Below are positions 1-8,272 of a stretch of DNA of 32,517 bases, one piece after another. The number at the start of each line of letters is the position of its first letter. Position 1 is the first letter of the stretch. Made by a program: the position numbers and the translations under genes. The notes beneath the pieces are model-generated. The model was not told the origin of the DNA, searched no databases, and saw nothing but the letters and a program-made list of their open reading frames with translations. This stretch comes from Candidatus Coatesbacteria bacterium (GTDB taxonomy: Bacteria > JAFGND01): NCBI GenBank assembly GCA_016927185.1, contig JAFGND010000099.1, forward strand, positions 1 through 32,517. The letters run 5' to 3'.

Positions 1-150
1 AGATTTCCCTGAAATGGAAAGTAACTGCAAGCATTGAAAATTGCTGCTTCTGGTTTATTTAAAATGAATGCAGTATTAATAAATCTTGACTGAATTTTAC
101 TATCTTTTCATTTCAAGCACATAAACAAGAAATAAAAACTGGAGGTAAAA

Positions 151-444
151 ATGCCCCTTGATGCACTTGGAATGGTTGAAACAAAAGGATTAGTTGGAGC
201 AATTGAGGCAGCAGATGCAATGGTCAAGGCTGCGAATGTAATTCTCCTTGGAAGAGAGCAGGTTGGTGGAGGATACGTAACAGTAATGGTAAGGGGAGAT
301 GTCGGAGCTGTAAAAGCTGCAACAGAAGCAGGTGCTGCTGCTGCTGAAAGAGTCGGAGAGCTTGTTTCAGTTCATATAATACCAAGACCCCATCCTGAAG
401 TGGAAAGAATAATTCCACCAATTCCTTCTAATACAAAAAAATAA
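151..444 (+). CDS. BMC-H hexameric microcompartment shell protein (EutM/PduA/CcmK family)
   Basis: Canonical PF00936 motifs [55 protein letters not shown] at 141-146. Confidence 0.97.
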   Translation: MPLDALGMVETKGLVGAIEAADAMVKAANVILLGREQVGGGYVTVMVRGDVGAVKAATEAGAAAAERVGELVSVHIIPRPHPEVERIIPPIPSNTKK

Positions 445-467
445 ACTGAAGTTGAAAAAGGTCTGAA

Positions 468-1844
468 ATGCCTATTGATAGCGACCTTGCTTTAATACAG
501 GAAGTAAGAGATAAAGTCAATGCAGCATTCCTTGCCCAGAAGAAGCTTCAGGAATGCAGTCAGAAGGAAATAGACTCACTTGTTGCTCATCTTGCTTATC
601 TTGGAGAAAGGGAAGCCTATTCTCTTGCCAGGCATGCGGTAGAAGAGACTGGTTTTGGTAAACTGGAAGATAAGATAGCAAAGAATATTTTCGCAACAAG
701 AGATATATTCAATTTTATAAAAGACATGAAAACTGTTGGATTTATTGATGAGGAGATAGTAAATGGACAGTCTGTTTTTAAAGTAGCTTCTCCTGTAGGT
801 ATAATAGCAGGGATTATTCCATCAACAAATCCTACATCAACTGCACTATACAAAATATTGATAAGCCTTAAATCCGGAAATGCAATCGTTCTAAGCCCTC
901 ACCCAAGATCAAGGAAATCCACAAATCATGCTGCAGACATAATGAAACAGGGGCTAGAGGATATTGGTTTGCCGGTGGATCTTGTTTCATGCATGACTGA
1001 TTCATCTTTAGAAGCAACTCGAACGCTGATGTCTCATCCTTGCATATCTTTGATACTTGCTACTGGAGGAATGGGTCTTGTAAAAGCTGCTTATGCTTCC
1101 GGGAAACCGGCATATGGAGTAGGACCAGGTAATGTTCCTGCATTCATAGAAAGAACAGCAGATATCAGGAAGGCAGTGAAAGATATAATAGTAAGCAAGA
1201 CATTCGATTATGGGACAATATGTGCTTCAGAACAGGCAGTTATTGTGGAAGAGATAATCTCATCAAAGGTTGAAAATGAGTTTCTTAAGCAGGGAGCATA
1301 TTTCTTGAAACAAGATGAGATATCTGCTCTCGCAAAAGCGCTTTTTCCTGATGGGAAGCATGTAAATCCAGAGCTCGTTGGACAACCGCCAGATAAAATT
1401 GCTCATTATTCAGGAATTAGAATAGGCAGCAGGACAAAAGTAATAATGGTAAGACTTGAAGAAGCAAAACCAGACTGCTCATTGTGTTATGAGAAACTCT
1501 CACCTGTTCTAAGTTGTTTCGTAAGAAAAGACTGGGAAAGTGCTTGCCAGCTTTGCCTTGAATTGCTAGCTCTTGGCGGTCAAGGTCATACATTGTCAAT
1601 TCATTCAAGAAATGAGAATATAATCAGGGAATTTGCTCTCAAGAAGCCTGTAAACAGAATACTTGTCAATACTCCATCATCTCATGGTGCAATAGGCTAC
1701 AGCACTGGATTGGATGCGTCATTGACACTGGGTTGCGGGACTCTTGGAGGAAATATCACTTCTGATAATATTACTCCAATGCACCTTTTAAATATAAAGA
1801 GACTGGCTTTCGAAATAAGGGAAGTACAGGCAGACAATGACTGA
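468..1844 (+). CDS. CoA-acylating aldehyde dehydrogenase, BMC-associated type (EutE/PduP/CutF-like)
   Basis: [19 protein letters not shown], catalytic [30 protein letters not shown]; DxDLxxIQEVR N-terminus; adjacent to BMC-H. Confidence 0.93.
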   Translation: MPIDSDLALIQEVRDKVNAAFLAQKKLQECSQKEIDSLVAHLAYLGEREAYSLARHAVEETGFGKLEDKIAKNIFATRDIFNFIKDMKTVGFIDEEIVNGQSVFKVASPVGIIAGIIPSTNPTSTALYKILISLKSGNAIVLSPHPRSRKSTNHAADIMKQGLEDIGLPVDLVSCMTDSSLEATRTLMSHPCISLILATGGMGLVKAAYASGKPAYGVGPGNVPAFIERTADIRKAVKDIIVSKTFDYGTICASEQAVIVEEIISSKVENEFLKQGAYFLKQDEISALAKALFPDGKHVNPELVGQPPDKIAHYSGIRIGSRTKVIMVRLEEAKPDCSLCYEKLSPVLSCFVRKDWESACQLCLELLALGGQGHTLSIHSRNENIIREFALKKPVNRILVNTPSSHGAIGYSTGLDASLTLGCGTLGGNITSDNITPMHLLNIKRLAFEIREVQADND

Positions 1845-2631
1845 CAATTCTGATTTTTCAAAGAAACTAAAAGATATTCATGTCATAGTAAATGTTTCGG
1901 CAAGACATGTACATTTATCAAAAGAAGATTTCGAAAGTCTTTTTGGGATTGGAAAGAGCCTGACGAAAGATTTCGATTTGATTCAGCCCGGAGAGTTTGC
2001 AGCAAAGGAAAGACTTACAATAGCTGGACAGAAAGGCAGCATAGAGAATGTAAGAATATTGGGTCCTTTCAGGAACAAATCTCAGGTTGAAATTTCGCTT
2101 ACTGATGGAAGAAATCTAGGGATTGAAAACCTTGAAGTAAGAATTTCAGGAGATTTAGATAATACTCCCTCTATTGTACTCATTGGAAAGAAGGGTAACA
2201 TCATACTTGAAAACGGGGTAATAGCAGCAAAAAGACATATTCACTGCAGTCTAAAGGATGCAGAAAAATTGAATTTGAAGAATGGGCAGCTAATCTGGGT
2301 AAGATTTGAGGGAGAAAGAGAAGGAGTATTAGGTGGATTTGTCACAAGAGCATCTGGAAATAGTGTGCTTGAACTTCATATCGATACAGATGAAGCCAAT
2401 GCTCTTGGAGTGAAATCCGGAATTTATGGTTTGATAGCAGACAGGGAAGAGTATTTTGATAATGAAAACAGTTTCCAGAAGGATATAGTAGAAACTCCTC
2501 ATCTGATAACTGAACTATTCCTGAAAAAAATCAAGAAAAAGGGCATGAAAATAAAACTGGATAAATCATGTATCTTGACACCAATGGCAAAAGACTTTCT
2601 AAAGAATAATCCAGAAATACTCAGGAAATGA
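1837..2631 (+). CDS. pduL: PduL-type phosphotransacylase (PTAC) with C-terminal extension
   Basis: Metal-binding motifs SARHVHLS, AKRHIHCS, ELHIDTDEANA; VRILGPFR..QVEISLTD; overlaps previous gene. Confidence 0.93.
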   Translation: MTDNSDFSKKLKDIHVIVNVSARHVHLSKEDFESLFGIGKSLTKDFDLIQPGEFAAKERLTIAGQKGSIENVRILGPFRNKSQVEISLTDGRNLGIENLEVRISGDLDNTPSIVLIGKKGNIILENGVIAAKRHIHCSLKDAEKLNLKNGQLIWVRFEGEREGVLGGFVTRASGNSVLELHIDTDEANALGVKSGIYGLIADREEYFDNENSFQKDIVETPHLITELFLKKIKKKGMKIKLDKSCILTPMAKDFLKNNPEILRK

Positions 2632-3140
2632 AAAAAGCAATATTGAACTGGATTCCATTTCTTCTGCTAAGTATAATTGTATTCAGCACAACAAATTACA
2701 TTCCAATATTCTGGGAGCCTCTTTATGCGAAATATGGAAATGAGCTTCTTGTAAGAATAGTCCAGTTGATAATAAGCTTCATTCTTGCTGCTGCTGCTGT
2801 TTCAGTAATAATAAACAGTAGTCCAGCGAAGAGAATGAAAACTTCCATTCTGGGCTTCCTGCTTCTTTTCTTTTATGTTCTGCCTCTATATTACATGAAA
2901 AATGCTGCTGAAAGATTTCATTTTGTAGAATATGGATTATGGTTTCTGTTTGCTGTTAAAGGGTTTCAGGGAAAAACCGTTCATGCCTTTATCCTTACTT
3001 CTATAATGGGAATTCTTGATGAGTTGTATCAATGGTATTTGCCTTCAAGATTTGGTGAAATTGCTGATGTTGTTCTGAATATTTATTCCATATCTCTTTC
3101 ATGGCTTGGACTGAAACTCTACAGGTACGGAAGGTCATAA
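2628..3140 (+). CDS. VanZ-like family membrane protein
   Basis: HFVEYG and DELYQWYLPSRFG..D...N motifs; several hydrophobic helices; ATGA overlap with pduL. Confidence 0.85.
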   Translation: MKKAILNWIPFLLLSIIVFSTTNYIPIFWEPLYAKYGNELLVRIVQLIISFILAAAAVSVIINSSPAKRMKTSILGFLLLFFYVLPLYYMKNAAERFHFVEYGLWFLFAVKGFQGKTVHAFILTSIMGILDELYQWYLPSRFGEIADVVLNIYSISLSWLGLKLYRYGRS

Positions 3141-3143
3141 TTC

Positions 3144-4259
3144 ATGAGCAGAAAGCATATTGTAATGGTTTATAAAGATTTCTATCCGCCTGTGAAAGGT
3201 GGAATAGAGTTTCATATTGCTGATATAGTAAAGGGACTCAAGGATAAATTCAGATTCACTGTTTTGGTTCAAAGTGGAAAGAATACAACTCAGGTTGAAA
3301 AGACAGATGGCATAGAGATCATAAGAGCCAGCGAATTTGGAAGGATTCAAAGCGCACCACTTTCAGCGAGTCTGGTCAAGTATTTCAGGAAACTGAAACC
3401 AAATATCTGGCATTTTCACCTTCCCAATCCTACTGCAGTAATAGCTTACTTATCATCTTTTCAAACATATGGAAGCCTGTTAGTAACTTATCACAGCGAT
3501 ATTATAAGGCAGAAAACTCTTGGTTGTTTATATAAGCCTTTTTCCCTGATTTTTCTTAAAAAAGCAGATGCTATTATTGCAACTTCTGATGCATATGCAA
3601 AATCATCTGATGAATTGAAGCTATTCAGAAACAAGACTATAGCAATTCCAATAGGGATAGATCCACCTGGTTTCTGGCAAAGCATGAATGTATTAGCTCA
3701 GGTGAGTGAGATAAAGAAGAAAACTGAAAAGCCTATTATTCTTTTCATAGGTAAATTAAGATATTATAAAGGCTTACATATACTGATTGAAGCCATGAAG
3801 GAAATAGATGCTGTCTTGATAATTGCAGGAGAAGGCCCAATGGAAAAGGAATTGAAAATGATTGCCTGCAAATATGATGTACTAGAGAAGATTGTTTTTG
3901 AAGGAGAAGTCTCCGAGGAAAGAAAGTGGGCTTTATTGCAATCTGCTGATATTTTCTGCCTGCCCTCTACATACAGAAGCGAGGCATATGGAATTTGTCA
4001 GATTGAAGCTCAATTAGCAGGGCTACCAGTTGTAACTACTGAACTAGGTACCGGCACTTCCTTTGTAACTATTGACAAGAAAACTGGTTATGTAATTCCT
4101 CCTGATGACAGTAAGCTGCTTGCAAAGAAAATCAAGAAAATCATCTATGATCCCTTGCTGAAACAGAAATTTGGAGAAGCTGGAAGAGAAAGAGCTGAGA
4201 AAGAATTCTCCCTGAAACTCATGTTATCAAGGCTTGAGAAGGTTTATAATGAGCTTTGA
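3144..4259 (+). CDS. GT4 (GT-B fold) glycosyltransferase
   Basis: YPPVKGGIE, HLPNP, TYHSDI, GKLRYYKG, EAYGICQIEA (EX7E) motifs. Confidence 0.92.
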   Translation: MSRKHIVMVYKDFYPPVKGGIEFHIADIVKGLKDKFRFTVLVQSGKNTTQVEKTDGIEIIRASEFGRIQSAPLSASLVKYFRKLKPNIWHFHLPNPTAVIAYLSSFQTYGSLLVTYHSDIIRQKTLGCLYKPFSLIFLKKADAIIATSDAYAKSSDELKLFRNKTIAIPIGIDPPGFWQSMNVLAQVSEIKKKTEKPIILFIGKLRYYKGLHILIEAMKEIDAVLIIAGEGPMEKELKMIACKYDVLEKIVFEGEVSEERKWALLQSADIFCLPSTYRSEAYGICQIEAQLAGLPVVTTELGTGTSFVTIDKKTGYVIPPDDSKLLAKKIKKIIYDPLLKQKFGEAGRERAEKEFSLKLMLSRLEKVYNEL

Positions 4260-5310
4260 ACAGATAATAAGACTGTCTGTTCCTGCATTGATAAGTTTCG
4301 TTATTGCATTAATACTTACTCCATTGATGCGCATTATTGCAATGAAACTGAAGATAATGGACATTCCTAATTCAAGAAAGGTTCATAAGGATCCCAAACC
4401 TTATCTCGGAGGAGTTGCAATCTTTGTTGCTTTCAATGTAACATTAGTATTGGCGCTTTTATATGGAACACCACTTATTCACAGGACAAGGGAGATAATA
4501 GCAATAATGTCGGGAGGATCCATAATTTTCATAGTAGGCTTGTATGATGATATAAAGGGAGTTGCTCCTAAAATAAAGCTTCTCTGGCAGATAATAGCTG
4601 CTTTCGTAGCAGGAATAATCCTCATGATGAGTGGTGTGCAAATGAATCTCTTTGCTCCCGGTGGTTTGGATCTGCTATCAGGAACAATAACATTGATATG
4701 GATTGTTGGCATAACCAATTCCTTCAACCTGCTTGATAACATGGATGGATTGACGGCTGGCTTGGGAGTAATTTGTTCATTCTTCCTATTCCAGGTAGCT
4801 TTTCAAAGGGAAGAAATACTCCTTATTTTTCTTCCTCTTGCTGTTCTTGGTTCTTCACTTGGATTCTGGTTCTATAACAAGAATCCTGCCAGAATATTCA
4901 TGGGAGATTGCGGTGCCTTATTCATAGGCTTCAATCTTGCAGTTTTTTCTTTGATGGGAATTTATAATTATGAAGGATTAACAAGATATATTGCAATCTT
5001 GACACCAATTCTTATTTTAAGCATACCAATTTTTGATACAATATCAGTTATCATAATCCGGCTTAAAAGGAGAGTAAGTATTTTTCATGCAGATACAAAC
5101 CATATTTCCCACAGGCTTGTATATATCGGAATGTCTCACAGGAATGCAGTATACTTGATTTATATGATATCTGTGACAATGGGTATAATAGGTTTGTTCC
5201 TGCCGAAGCTGAGTCCTTCAGAAGCAATATTACTTCTGCTCCATGCTTTTCTGGTATACTTACTGATAGTCATTTTAATGCTGACTGCAAGCAAAAATAA
5301 GAACAAGTGA
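4249..5310 (+). CDS. WecA/TagO (MraY-family) polyprenyl-phosphate HexNAc-1-phosphate transferase
   Basis: RKVH..P.PYLGG, GLYDD, NSFNLLDNMDGL, IFMGDCGA, HISHRL; start placed at ATG 4249 (GAGAAGG upstream) rather than TTG 4234. Confidence 0.92.
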   Translation: MSFEQIIRLSVPALISFVIALILTPLMRIIAMKLKIMDIPNSRKVHKDPKPYLGGVAIFVAFNVTLVLALLYGTPLIHRTREIIAIMSGGSIIFIVGLYDDIKGVAPKIKLLWQIIAAFVAGIILMMSGVQMNLFAPGGLDLLSGTITLIWIVGITNSFNLLDNMDGLTAGLGVICSFFLFQVAFQREEILLIFLPLAVLGSSLGFWFYNKNPARIFMGDCGALFIGFNLAVFSLMGIYNYEGLTRYIAILTPILILSIPIFDTISVIIIRLKRRVSIFHADTNHISHRLVYIGMSHRNAVYLIYMISVTMGIIGLFLPKLSPSEAILLLLHAFLVYLLIVILMLTASKNKNK

Positions 5311-5319
5311 TCGCTTGAT

Positions 5320-6045
5320 ATGAAAATAGGGATATTGCTTGGAAGCGGATATGGGGATTTCATAAACTCCATAAATGTGAGGAAAAAGTATAATTATGAA
5401 GATATAAAGGGACTTGTTAGTACAACAGTAAAGGGACATAAGGGAATTTTCTATGAAGGTGAGGCATTTGATAATGAGTGGCTTGTTGCTGAAGGAAGGC
5501 TTCACTTTTATGAAGGACATGATGTAAAAAGAATAGGCAGGCTTGTTAGATATTTCAAGGAAAAGGATTGCAAACTTCTAATACTAACAACAGCAACAGG
5601 CGGAATAAACAGGTCTTTTAAGGTAGGGGATCTGGTGTTAATCAACGATTTTATTGACTTTTTCCCCATAGCATGGAATTTCAGAATTAAACAGCCACTA
5701 CTTTCCGAAAAATATATGGAAATAGTGAGAAGAGTAACGCTAGAAAACAATCTGAATGTGAAGGAAGGCACTTTTGCGGGAGTTACCGGACCTACTTATG
5801 AAACTCCAGCTGAAGTAAGGGTTCTTGAATTCCTGGGTGCTGATTTAATAAGCATGTCAGTCATTCCGGAAGTTTATTATGCCAATAAGCTGAAACTTCA
5901 GGTTATCTGCTTTGGTATAATAACAAATCATCTTGTACACAAGAACAGTGCCGAACTGACACATTTGGAAGTCCTTGATGTTGTAAAGAAAAGCACTAAT
6001 AAACTTGTTCAGTTATTGAGTATAGCAAGTATAACAATCAAATAG
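5320..6045 (+). CDS. Purine nucleoside phosphorylase, trimeric NP-I type (PunA/XapA-like)
   Basis: ILLGSG, VKGHKG, GRLHFYEG, GPTYETPAE, GADLISMS..PE, ITN motifs. Confidence 0.88.
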   Translation: MKIGILLGSGYGDFINSINVRKKYNYEDIKGLVSTTVKGHKGIFYEGEAFDNEWLVAEGRLHFYEGHDVKRIGRLVRYFKEKDCKLLILTTATGGINRSFKVGDLVLINDFIDFFPIAWNFRIKQPLLSEKYMEIVRRVTLENNLNVKEGTFAGVTGPTYETPAEVRVLEFLGADLISMSVIPEVYYANKLKLQVICFGIITNHLVHKNSAELTHLEVLDVVKKSTNKLVQLLSIASITIK

Positions 6046-6066
6046 AACAAGTAGCAATTATCTTGA

Positions 6067-6567
6067 TTATTCATCTTCATCAGATGGTTCCAGTTTTTCC
6101 GGCATAACTCCTGGAGCAAAAGGTTTCTTGAAAGTAACCTGCATAACATGAAATGGAGAATTTTCAAGATATGGTACATCCAGAGTAAAGGTCTTCTCTT
6201 CAGTTACATTGTCTTCATTCTGGACAAGCTTCTTTGTGAATATTGGCTTTAGAAGAGATGCAAATAAAGCGATTACACCGCTGAGAATAAAAGCGAATGG
6301 AATACTTCTGGAACGTGAATAAAATCTGAACAAGTAATACATATTGAAAGGTGAAAAAATACTAAGAAAGACCCATAGAAATCTTCTGTTCTTGATTGCA
6401 TCTGTCATTAATAATATTGTCCCTGCAACAAGGAGAACTATGCCGAATGGTTTAAAATATGGCAAATACTCTATCCATGAAAGTCCGGGGAATTCAAGAG
6501 CCCTGGCTCTTGCTTCTTCATAATAATAGTTTTCTTCATTCAGAATATTGCCTTTAATGCCATTCAC
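6067..6567 (-). CDS. Hypothetical membrane protein (about 3 TM segments)
   Basis: GTG start with GGAGG (6576-6580) upstream; hydrophobic segments; no family recognised. Confidence 0.7.
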   Translation of the reverse strand: MNGIKGNILNEENYYYEEARARALEFPGLSWIEYLPYFKPFGIVLLVAGTILLMTDAIKNRRFLWVFLSIFSPFNMYYLFRFYSRSRSIPFAFILSGVIALFASLLKPIFTKKLVQNEDNVTEEKTFTLDVPYLENSPFHVMQVTFKKPFAPGVMPEKLEPSDEDE

Positions 6568-6593
6568 AGCGTTTGCCTCCTTCTTTTGAACCC

Positions 6594-6622
6594 ATGATTT
6601 TGGGGTTTTGATATTATGTCAA
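6594..6622 (-). promoter_or_regulatory. Putative sigma70 promoter for the 6067..6567 gene
   Basis: Minus strand TTGACA-N17-AATCAT. Confidence 0.45.
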
Positions 6623-6708
6623 GAGATTTAAAATTTTACTATTTGCTTCTGAGATAACCTGATAATGCTTAATGTAAATATAATTATGAGCAGTTTTTAA
6701 AAAGACAT

Positions 6709-6736
6709 TTGACATTTTAGATAAAACCATTAGAAT
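6709..6736 (+). promoter_or_regulatory. Putative sigma70 promoter for the glutaredoxin/FDR pair
   Basis: TTGACA-N16-TAGAAT, then SD GGAGGA at 6755-6760. Confidence 0.65.
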
Positions 6737-6763
6737 GAAAGGAAATTAAAGAATGGAGGAAAA

Positions 6764-7048
6764 ATGGAAATTGTCACTATTGAAGGAAAGGATTGTGGAG
6801 AAGTTTTTATTTATGCCCTAAGTACCTGCATATGGTGCAAGAAAACCAAGAATCTTCTTCATGAACTGGGAGTTAAGTATTCATATGTTGACGTAGATCT
6901 GGTAGAAGGTGATGAACAGGATAAGGTATATGATGACATGAAAAAATTCAGTCCTGATTTTTCTTTTCCGACAGTTGTAATAGATAAAAGCAAATGTATT
7001 ATTGGTTACAAAGAAAATGATATAAAGAGTATCCTGGAGACAAAATGA
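6764..7048 (+). CDS. Glutaredoxin/NrdH-like redoxin (methanoredoxin-like)
   Basis: YALSTCIWCKKTK CxxC, SFPTVVI cis-Pro motif, IIGY; strong SD. Confidence 0.92.
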   Translation: MEIVTIEGKDCGEVFIYALSTCIWCKKTKNLLHELGVKYSYVDVDLVEGDEQDKVYDDMKKFSPDFSFPTVVIDKSKCIIGYKENDIKSILETK

Positions 7049-7554
7049 GAGAAGAGATTGAAGTGACACAGAAGGAGATTGATGATTTATTTTCCAGAAT
7101 GGAAAAAGAATCAAGAGAAATGGGCTATTTCCTTAATCCTGACAGGGAATTCACAGAGGATTTGATTAGATCTCTTCTTATAAATGAAAAAAGATATGGA
7201 TACATGAATTGCCCATGCAGATTATCATCAAGAAACAAGGAAGATGATCTTGATATAATATGCCCTTGTGATTACAGGGATGCAGATATTGTTGATTATG
7301 ATGCTTGCTTTTGTGGATTATTCGTATCGTCAAAGATTTTCAGGAAAGAAAAGTTACCTGAGCCGATACCTGAAAGAAGACCTTCAAGAGAAGAGCGAAA
7401 AAACAGGAAAAACAGAGATAATTCAATCAAGGGTGAATTATCAAAACCTGTCTGGAGATGCAAGGTTTGTGGTTATCTTTGCGGAAGGGACAACCCTCCT
7501 GAAATCTGTCCAATATGCAAAGCTAAAGGTGACAGATTTGAGAGATTTATTTAA
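7045..7554 (+). CDS. Ferredoxin:thioredoxin reductase catalytic-subunit homolog with C-terminal rubredoxin-like domain (FDR type)
   Basis: YG..CPCR, ICPCDY, ACFCGLF; C-terminal WRCKVCGY...PEICPICK; ATGA overlap with the glutaredoxin. Confidence 0.92.
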   Translation: MREEIEVTQKEIDDLFSRMEKESREMGYFLNPDREFTEDLIRSLLINEKRYGYMNCPCRLSSRNKEDDLDIICPCDYRDADIVDYDACFCGLFVSSKIFRKEKLPEPIPERRPSREERKNRKNRDNSIKGELSKPVWRCKVCGYLCGRDNPPEICPICKAKGDRFERFI

Positions 7555-8272
7555 TCCGACCGAATATTGATTTAAAACGTAATCGCCATACCATCCATAA
7601 CGCTTCCCAGACTATGCGTTTACTCATCTTGCTTGTCCCTGAATGCCTGTCAATGAAAATTATGGGTATTTCCTTTATCTTGAATCCCTTTTTCCAGACC
7701 ATGAAATTCATCTCTATCTGAAATGAATATCCATCTGATTTCATTCTGGCAAAATCGAAACTCTGAAGAACTTCTCTCTTGAAAATCTTGAATCCTCCAG
7801 TAACATCATGAATAACAGGTCTCAGTCCTGTTATAATTCTGGCATAATGATTTGCTGTCCATGAAAGAAGCAGTCTAGACATCGGCCAGTTGATAACATT
7901 TATCCCCGTTATATACCTGCTTCCAATCACCAGATCAACCCCTTTTTCAATTTCAGCAAGCATCTCAGGAATTTTTTCCGGATCATGTGACAGGTCTGCA
8001 TCCATTTGCACTATATAGTCAGGATTTTCCTTGAGTATTTGGCTGAATCCATCTCTGTAAGCTGAACCAAGACCAGCTTTTTTAGGTCTTGATAGCAATC
8101 TGACTCTATTGTTTTTCTGTCCAAGTTCTTCAAGAAATTCTCTTGTTCCGTCCATAGAATTATCATCAACAACAAGAAAAATGAAATCATCCGGGATTAT
8201 GCTTTTTATCTTGTTGTATAAAAGTTCGATATTTGCTCTTTCATTATATGTTGGTACTACTATAGCTATCAT
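7547..8272 (-). CDS. Polyprenol monophosphomannose synthase-like GT2 (Ppm1/DPM1 family)
   Basis: PTYNERAN, VDDNSMDGT, GLGSAY, QMDADLSHDP, GSRY, GYSFQIEM, G.SKM. Confidence 0.93.
   Translation of the reverse strand: MIAIVVPTYNERANIELLYNKIKSIIPDDFIFLVVDDNSMDGTREFLEELGQKNNRVRLLSRPKKAGLGSAYRDGFSQILKENPDYIVQMDADLSHDPEKIPEMLAEIEKGVDLVIGSRYITGINVINWPMSRLLLSWTANHYARIITGLRPVIHDVTGGFKIFKREVLQSFDFARMKSDGYSFQIEMNFMVWKKGFKIKEIPIIFIDRHSGTSKMSKRIVWEALWMVWRLRFKSIFGRIK

Noticed and set aside
1-150. Possible gene fragment at the left edge
   Set aside because: Short open frames exist on both strands, but none has a supported start or recognisable motif
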